A DNA stretch of 50,980 bases from an uncultured Actinomycetes bacterium (lineage in GTDB: Bacteria > Actinomycetota > Actinomycetes > Nanopelagicales > Nanopelagicaceae). A program made the position numbers and the translations under genes. Location of the stretch: the NCBI GenBank assembly GCA_903891755.1, contig CAITFY010000074.1, forward strand, positions 1 to 50,980, read 5' to 3'. This document shows positions 45,738-50,980 of the stretch, one piece after another. The notes below the pieces were generated by a model, which saw nothing but the letters and a program-made list of their open reading frames with translations, was not told where the DNA came from and did not search any database. The number at the start of each line of letters is the position of its first letter. Positions within the stretch are counted from its first letter, which is position 1.

Positions 45738-46496
45738 ATGGATCACCCAGCCATCGAACGACCTGGCCCGCTAGCCCTGGTGGGCTCTGGTGAATATCTG
45801 CCTGAAATGGCAGAACTTGAGGGTAGTTTGCTGAGAAGTGCCATGGAGCGAGGCAAACTCAATCGATTTGTTCAACTACCTCTCGCAGCAGGTGGCGAAA
45901 GCACCGAAAGACTTAAGTATTGGCAGGAGCTGGGCGCATCACAGGCGCAGCGTTTAGCAACAGAGCAAGTATTTCTTCCTATTTATACCCGAGAAGATGC
46001 GATGCGAAGTGATCTGGCAAAAGAGATCGATAACGCTGGATTGATCTATATCTCCGGCGGTGATCCTTCTTATTTAGCAACCTCGTTGGCAGGAACTCCT
46101 GTCTGGGAGGCTATCGAAAGAAATTGGCGCGCTGGCAGTGCGCTCGCCGGCTGCAGTGCAGGTGCAATGGCTCTCTCCGCTGATATTCCAAACTTTCGCA
46201 AACAGAGCGCTCCAGGAACGCCAGGGTTAAACGTGCTTCCAACCCTGCGAACCATTCCTCACTACAACAAATTCTTTGGTTGGATTCCAGATGGCGCGGC
46301 AAAGTTGATGGTTCGCGCACCCGAGGGAGTATCCGTAATTGGAGTTGATGAACTCACTGCCGCCGTTGCAGGTCTCGATGAAGTTACGACTATCTCTCCA
46401 CCAAAGTTCAAAGTCTTTGGCGTCGGCGCTGTGCATGTCCTAAGAGGTTCCGCGACTCATAAGTACCATCACGGGGAACTCGTAGAACTTCATTAA
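45738..46496 (+). CDS. Peptidase S51 / cyanophycinase-like (type 1 glutamine amidotransferase-like fold)
   Basis: LALVGSGEY..., IYISGGDPSYL and the nucleophile context GCSAGAMAL. Confidence 0.6.
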   Translation: MDHPAIERPGPLALVGSGEYLPEMAELEGSLLRSAMERGKLNRFVQLPLAAGGESTERLKYWQELGASQAQRLATEQVFLPIYTREDAMRSDLAKEIDNAGLIYISGGDPSYLATSLAGTPVWEAIERNWRAGSALAGCSAGAMALSADIPNFRKQSAPGTPGLNVLPTLRTIPHYNKFFGWIPDGAAKLMVRAPEGVSVIGVDELTAAVAGLDEVTTISPPKFKVFGVGAVHVLRGSATHKYHHGELVELH

Positions 46497-46505
46497 ACTT
46501 CTCTC

Positions 46506-46895
46506 ATGTTGAAGAAGATAAATTCGTTTAACACCTCGCTCGCCTCCAAGATCACTTCCGGAGTATCGACCATGTGGTGCGCATATATCTTTGCCGCGAT
46601 TGCACTTATTTCGCTCCCCTCTGCGATCAAGACGGGCGACCTCATCACTATTGTCGCCTGGGTAGCACAAACATTCCTACAGTTAGTTTTACTCTCCATC
46701 ATCATGGTGGGCCAGAGTGTCTCCTCTGCCTCAGTGGAGCAGAAGATTACCGAGACCCACACAGCTTCACTTGGAGAATTTGAATTGGCCAAGGAGGCTC
46801 GCGCACTAAATCAACAAGAGGTTACTGAACTAAAGGCAATAGCTGCTGATATTCATCGCGTGCTTAAGGATCTAGAACCTAAACTATCTAAATGA
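46506..46895 (+). CDS. Small two-TM membrane protein with C-terminal coiled coil (possibly DUF1003-like)
   Basis: Two hydrophobic helices (WCAYIFAAIALISL, AQTFLQLVLLSIIMVGQ) followed by a charged helical tail. ATGA overlap with the downstream MFS gene. Confidence 0.45.
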   Translation: MLKKINSFNTSLASKITSGVSTMWCAYIFAAIALISLPSAIKTGDLITIVAWVAQTFLQLVLLSIIMVGQSVSSASVEQKITETHTASLGEFELAKEARALNQQEVTELKAIAADIHRVLKDLEPKLSK

Positions 46896-48121
46896 CTGTC
46901 CGTAGCACCCTCTCTCATAAATATATAAAGAGGTTTTACTTAGCCCGCCTCATCTCCAATTTTGGTAGCGGTATGGGACCTATCGCCTTGGCATTTGGAA
47001 TCCTTCATCTTCCACGTGGAAGTGCGAAAGAGTTGGGCTTTGTTCTCGGCGCACAGATTGTTGCAATGCTCTGCATGCTTCCCTTTGGTGGTGTTATCGC
47101 AGATAAATATGGAAGATTAAGGATTTGCGCTCTCTCCGATATTGTAGGAGGAGCTTTTCTTCTAGTGCAGGTTTATTTCTTTACAACGGGAAACGTTCCA
47201 GTTGCAGCACTTCTCTTCTCACAAATCGGTTTTGGATTGATGTGGGGAATCTTCTGGCCCGCATTTTCCGGAGCGCTACCTGCGCTGCTTCCCGAGGCAG
47301 AACTACAACAGGGCAATGCCATCAACCAGTTTATTTCTAACTTTGCACTTATTACAGGTACCGCAATTGGCGGATATCTGATCAGTGCATTTGGAAGTAC
47401 TGCCGCACTATTTATTGATTCAATAACCTTCATCATTTCAGGTTCGCTTGTTATTAGTTTTAGGCACCTCACTCCAGCGCGTGCGGAAACTGGGGCATCA
47501 ATGCGCGAGGATCTGCGAGAGGGGTGGAGGGTCTTCTCCTCCTATCCCTGGATTGTCGTCACTGTCGCCGGATTTTCATTTGTTGTTATGGTCTGGGCGG
47601 GAGCACAAGATGTGCTGGGACCTGTCATCTCACTCAAACACTTTCATGGCGCAAAATCTTGGGCAATCGTGATTACCTGCGAATCCATTGGTTACGTGAT
47701 TGGTTCAATATTGGGTCTGCGGATAAAGGTTAAGTACCCAATGCGCTTTCTCACATCGCTATCTCTTACCCTCACGATCTATCTTCTTGTGCTTTCGAAA
47801 CCAATGGCGCTTCCAGCTATTTGTCTCGCCGCCTTCTTCTGGGGAATCACTCTCGATTTGTGGGGCTCCATGTGGGGAACCGCATTTCAGCGCACGATTC
47901 CGCGAGAGGCGCTATCTCGGGCCTCTGCCTTTGATGGAATGGGAACGATGCTGCTTAGGCCGGTCGGTCTAGCAATTGCCGCTCCACTTGCTGGCGTCTT
48001 TGGCATAAGCCAGACGATGTTGATTTTCGCGGGCACCTCATTCGTCGTAATCATTATCTTGCTCATGATTCCCGCAGTGTGGCGTATGGAGCTCGAGCCT
48101 TCATTCTCAGAGAATTCTTAG
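46892..48121 (+). CDS. MFS transporter (EntS/MFS_3-like)
   Basis: 409-aa polytopic protein with RFYLARLISNFGSGMGPIALAF and GGVIADKYGRLRI. Confidence 0.8.
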   Translation: MTVRSTLSHKYIKRFYLARLISNFGSGMGPIALAFGILHLPRGSAKELGFVLGAQIVAMLCMLPFGGVIADKYGRLRICALSDIVGGAFLLVQVYFFTTGNVPVAALLFSQIGFGLMWGIFWPAFSGALPALLPEAELQQGNAINQFISNFALITGTAIGGYLISAFGSTAALFIDSITFIISGSLVISFRHLTPARAETGASMREDLREGWRVFSSYPWIVVTVAGFSFVVMVWAGAQDVLGPVISLKHFHGAKSWAIVITCESIGYVIGSILGLRIKVKYPMRFLTSLSLTLTIYLLVLSKPMALPAICLAAFFWGITLDLWGSMWGTAFQRTIPREALSRASAFDGMGTMLLRPVGLAIAAPLAGVFGISQTMLIFAGTSFVVIIILLMIPAVWRMELEPSFSENS

Positions 48122-48195
48122 GAAGCATTGCGTATTCTTTAGGCTCTCAGAGGTTAACTATCACTATCTATTTTCATGGCGAAGGGATCAAAGCA

Positions 48196-49356
48196 GTGTC
48201 AATTTTCCAGAAGATAAATGGTTTGAGCACGATTTCAAAGCTCATCATTGGATTTGTAGCAGGAGCCACCATTATTGGCGGTGTTGCTACAGCGGCTAAT
48301 AGTTTGACCAGTTCCAGTGTGATCACAGCATGTGCCGATAACAGAACCGGTGCGCTTTATGCCAGCGCGACGGGAACATGCAGTAGCGGACGCACAGTTG
48401 TCAGCGTTGGAAACGGTTCACTTAAGAATATTGTCAACAAAGTCGAGCCAGCGGTCGTAACAGTTGATGTATCGGCGGCAGATGGTTCTGGCGATACCGG
48501 ATCAGGTTCCATCATTAAGTCGGATGCAACTGGTTCATACATCGTGACAAACAACCACGTAATCGATGCAATTACAGTTGCTGGAAACTCTTACACACTT
48601 TCAATTGATCTCAGCAATGGAACAAAGATTCCTGCAACGCTTGTTGGCCGGGATATTTCTTATGACCTTGCAGTCTTGCATGTAAATACTCCAAATCTTC
48701 CTGTCATCGCCCTCGGAGATTCATCTGCAATCTCTATCGGTGATCCAGTGATTGCATTCGGTTCACCTCTAGGGCTAAACGGAACTGTTACCGCAGGCAT
48801 TGTCTCTTCGCTCAATCGTCCGGTTACAACTCAGAGCACCAACTCCACCACTCAGTCATATGTCGATGCGATTCAGACCGATGCTGCAATCAATCCAGGT
48901 AACTCTGGTGGTCCACTGACTGATTCTCAAGGTCGCATGATTGGTATCAATAGTGCAATAGCTTCAACCGCCTCAACTGGAGCACAAGCCGGTTCTGTTG
49001 GTTTAGGTTTTGCGATTCCAATCAATGAAGCGCAGCGCACTATTAACGAGATTATTACCAGTCCAACTCATACCTCCACGCGTCCTCTACTCGGGGTTTA
49101 CTTCGATCAGAACTTCACCGGTGTGGGAGCAAAGGTTTCCCAACTTGTGGCAGGTGGCGCAGCAGAGAAGGCAGGTTTGGTAGTGGGATCGATTATTACT
49201 GATGTCTCCGGCTCCAGAATTCCAGATGCTGAAACAGCAATTGTGCGCATCCGTTCTTACGCCCCAGGAAGCACCGTACAGATCACGGCTACCCTTCCTA
49301 GTGGCGGAAGCAAGGTCTATAGCGTCACGTTGGGATCTGCGCCTTCAAATTCATGA
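48196..49356 (+). CDS. HtrA-like S1C serine protease with N-terminal membrane anchor and C-terminal PDZ domain
   Basis: Catalytic triad contexts TNNHVI, YDLAVLHV and GNSGGPL, with a PDZ-like C-terminus. I chose the GTG at 48196 (GAAGGGA upstream) because the listed start at 48079 overlaps the MFS gene by 43 nt. Confidence 0.8.
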   Translation: MSIFQKINGLSTISKLIIGFVAGATIIGGVATAANSLTSSSVITACADNRTGALYASATGTCSSGRTVVSVGNGSLKNIVNKVEPAVVTVDVSAADGSGDTGSGSIIKSDATGSYIVTNNHVIDAITVAGNSYTLSIDLSNGTKIPATLVGRDISYDLAVLHVNTPNLPVIALGDSSAISIGDPVIAFGSPLGLNGTVTAGIVSSLNRPVTTQSTNSTTQSYVDAIQTDAAINPGNSGGPLTDSQGRMIGINSAIASTASTGAQAGSVGLGFAIPINEAQRTINEIITSPTHTSTRPLLGVYFDQNFTGVGAKVSQLVAGGAAEKAGLVVGSIITDVSGSRIPDAETAIVRIRSYAPGSTVQITATLPSGGSKVYSVTLGSAPSNS

Positions 49357-49369
49357 CAGACTGTAAGTA

Positions 49370-50980
49370 GTGAATTTACTTAACTTAGAGTCGGTCTCAA
49401 AGGCCTTTGATATCCGCCCACTTCTGGACGGCGTCTCACTCGGCGTCGCTCAGGGCGAGCGGATTGGCATTGTTGGACGCAATGGCGATGGCAAGAGCAC
49501 CCTTCTCAAAATCATGGCCGGAACCCTGGAGACAGATTCTGGCCGTGTTTCCAAGTCCAACTCGGTGCACATTGGGATTCTGAGCCAGGCGGATAATGCC
49601 AGCGCTGGAGCGAGCGTTCGTGAGGTCGTTTTAGGAGATATCCCTGTCCATGAATGGGCGAGTAACAGTCGAGTCCGCGAGGTCCTGCAGGGACTCTTTG
49701 GAGGGCATAGCGATGATCTCTTAGATCGCGCCTTTCACTCACTCTCAGGTGGAGAGCGCCGTCGCGTGAATCTAGCCAAGCTACTGGTGGATGATCTTGA
49801 TCTGATTTTGCTTGATGAACCAACAAACCACCTTGATGTTGAAGGCGTTGCCTGGTTAGCAGCACATCTCAGGGATCGCGCCGGACTCTCAGTTGTGGTA
49901 ATTACCCACGATCGCTGGTTCCTCGATGAGATCTCTGAGAAAATTTGGGAGGTAGTTGATGGCAAGGTTTTGGAATATGAAGGCGGTTACAGCGCATTTG
50001 TACTTTCCAAAGCGGAGCGCTCGCGCCAAGCATCAGTAGAAGATACCAAGCGCAATATGTTGATCAGAAAAGAATTAGCTTGGCTTCGCCGCGGAGCACC
50101 CGCACGTACATCCAAACCAAAATTTAGAATTGATGCGGCAAATACGTTGATTGCCAATGAACCCCCACCTCGCAATGGGGCAGAGCTTCTTAACTTTGCT
50201 GCAAATAGATTGGGAAACACTGTTTACGAACTGCATCAAGCGACGATTAAAGCGGGAGATTTACTTCTGTTAGATGACATCTATTGGAATGTTGGCCCCG
50301 GCAATCGAATCGGAATCGTTGGCATGAATGGCGCGGGCAAGACGACGCTTATGAAAGTGTTGAGCGGCGAGGGGAAGATTTCTGCAGGAAAATTAGTTAC
50401 CGGTGTGACCGTAAAAGCGGCGTATCTCTCGCAGCATTTAGAGGAACTTGATCCAACCTGGCGGGTACTTGAAGCGGTTGAGAAAGTCGCAAACCGAGTT
50501 CAACTTGGTAACGGTAAAGAGTTGTCAGCAAGCCAACTCTGTGAGCGTTTAGGGTTTAATAAAGATCAACAATGGACACCGGTGGGAGATCTTTCTGGCG
50601 GTGAACGTCGTCGCCTACAACTCACAAGACTCCTCATGGATAGTCCGAACGTCCTACTACTTGACGAGCCAACAAACGATTTCGATGTAGAGACTTTGAC
50701 CGCACTTGAAGATCTCCTAGATTCATTTGGCGGAACTCTTCTTGTTATCTCACACGATAGATATTTCCTAGAACGAGTATGTGACACCTTTGTCGGGCTA
50801 GTGGGCGATAACTCCCTTCGCGATCTTCCACGTGGGATTGATGAGTATCTATCTCTACGTAGAGAAGCCGAATCCGCCGAGCAGAAGAGCGCTGGAGCAA
50901 AGAAAGAGTCATCAATCTTGGAGCAGAAAGCTCTGAAGAAGGAGATCTCTCGCATCGAAAAGCAGATGGAGCGTAGGCAA
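49370..50980 (+). CDS. ABC-F family ATPase (Uup/EttA-like), 3'-truncated by window edge; not in the supplied ORF track
   Basis: My manual translation from GTG 49370 (preceded by an in-frame TAA) stays open for 537 codons to the window end. It has two NBDs: GRNGDGKST / LSGGERRR / LILLDEPTNHLD and GMNGAGKTT / LSGGERRRLQL / VLLLDEPTNDFD, with a linker between them. Confidence 0.85.
   Translation, partial: MNLLNLESVSKAFDIRPLLDGVSLGVAQGERIGIVGRNGDGKSTLLKIMAGTLETDSGRVSKSNSVHIGILSQADNASAGASVREVVLGDIPVHEWASNSRVREVLQGLFGGHSDDLLDRAFHSLSGGERRRVNLAKLLVDDLDLILLDEPTNHLDVEGVAWLAAHLRDRAGLSVVVITHDRWFLDEISEKIWEVVDGKVLEYEGGYSAFVLSKAERSRQASVEDTKRNMLIRKELAWLRRGAPARTSKPKFRIDAANTLIANEPPPRNGAELLNFAANRLGNTVYELHQATIKAGDLLLLDDIYWNVGPGNRIGIVGMNGAGKTTLMKVLSGEGKISAGKLVTGVTVKAAYLSQHLEELDPTWRVLEAVEKVANRVQLGNGKELSASQLCERLGFNKDQQWTPVGDLSGGERRRLQLTRLLMDSPNVLLLDEPTNDFDVETLTALEDLLDSFGGTLLVISHDRYFLERVCDTFVGLVGDNSLRDLPRGIDEYLSLRREAESAEQKSAGAKKESSILEQKALKKEISRIEKQMERRQ

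Overview
The window is a densely packed chromosomal segment that looks actinobacterial. With my gene calls, only about 1.5 kb of 51 kb is intergenic. There are many 1-14 nt gene overlaps, and GC looks moderate by eye (not computed). All family calls rest on motif recognition only, because no database search was possible.

Gene content in order:
- Housekeeping: the tail of the dnaK operon (grpE-dnaJ-hspR), pyrE, a DedA protein, a K+-independent H+-pyrophosphatase, topA, an MFS-thymidylate kinase fusion, holB, a secreted alpha/beta hydrolase, two small genes and tRNA-Thr(CGT).
- Accessory-looking block, about 14.1-26.3 kb: a LacI-type regulator, a five-gene Liv-type ABC importer, and a divergent five-gene catabolic operon of unknown substrate. 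The operon encodes a HIBADH-like reductase, a creatinase/prolidase-like M24 hydrolase, a VOC protein, a fused E1 alpha-beta TPP enzyme with no E2/E3, and a GabD-like aldehyde dehydrogenase. Two near-identical 14-bp LacI-type palindromes sit in front of the two transcription units.
- Further genes: a heterodimeric ABC exporter with one degenerate ATP site, an APC permease, a secreted protein with six tandem Ig-like repeats, an MFS transporter, murT-gatD, and a DEAD-box helicase with a basic low-complexity tail.
- Then a heme/siderophore-class ABC importer (hmuTUV-like) that is divergently paired with two paralogous small secreted 4-Cys proteins. By eye these resemble the neocarzinostatin apoprotein fold. 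This is my top candidate for an undescribed system, possibly a ligand or heme shuttle.
- Finally: TetR-azoR, a DUF606 transporter, an LCP protein, an S51-like peptidase, a small membrane protein, an MFS transporter, an HtrA-like protease, and a 3'-truncated ABC-F gene that is missing from the ORF track.

I saw no CRISPR arrays, transposases, integrases or rRNA genes. Coordinates I derived by hand should be taken as +/-2 nt.
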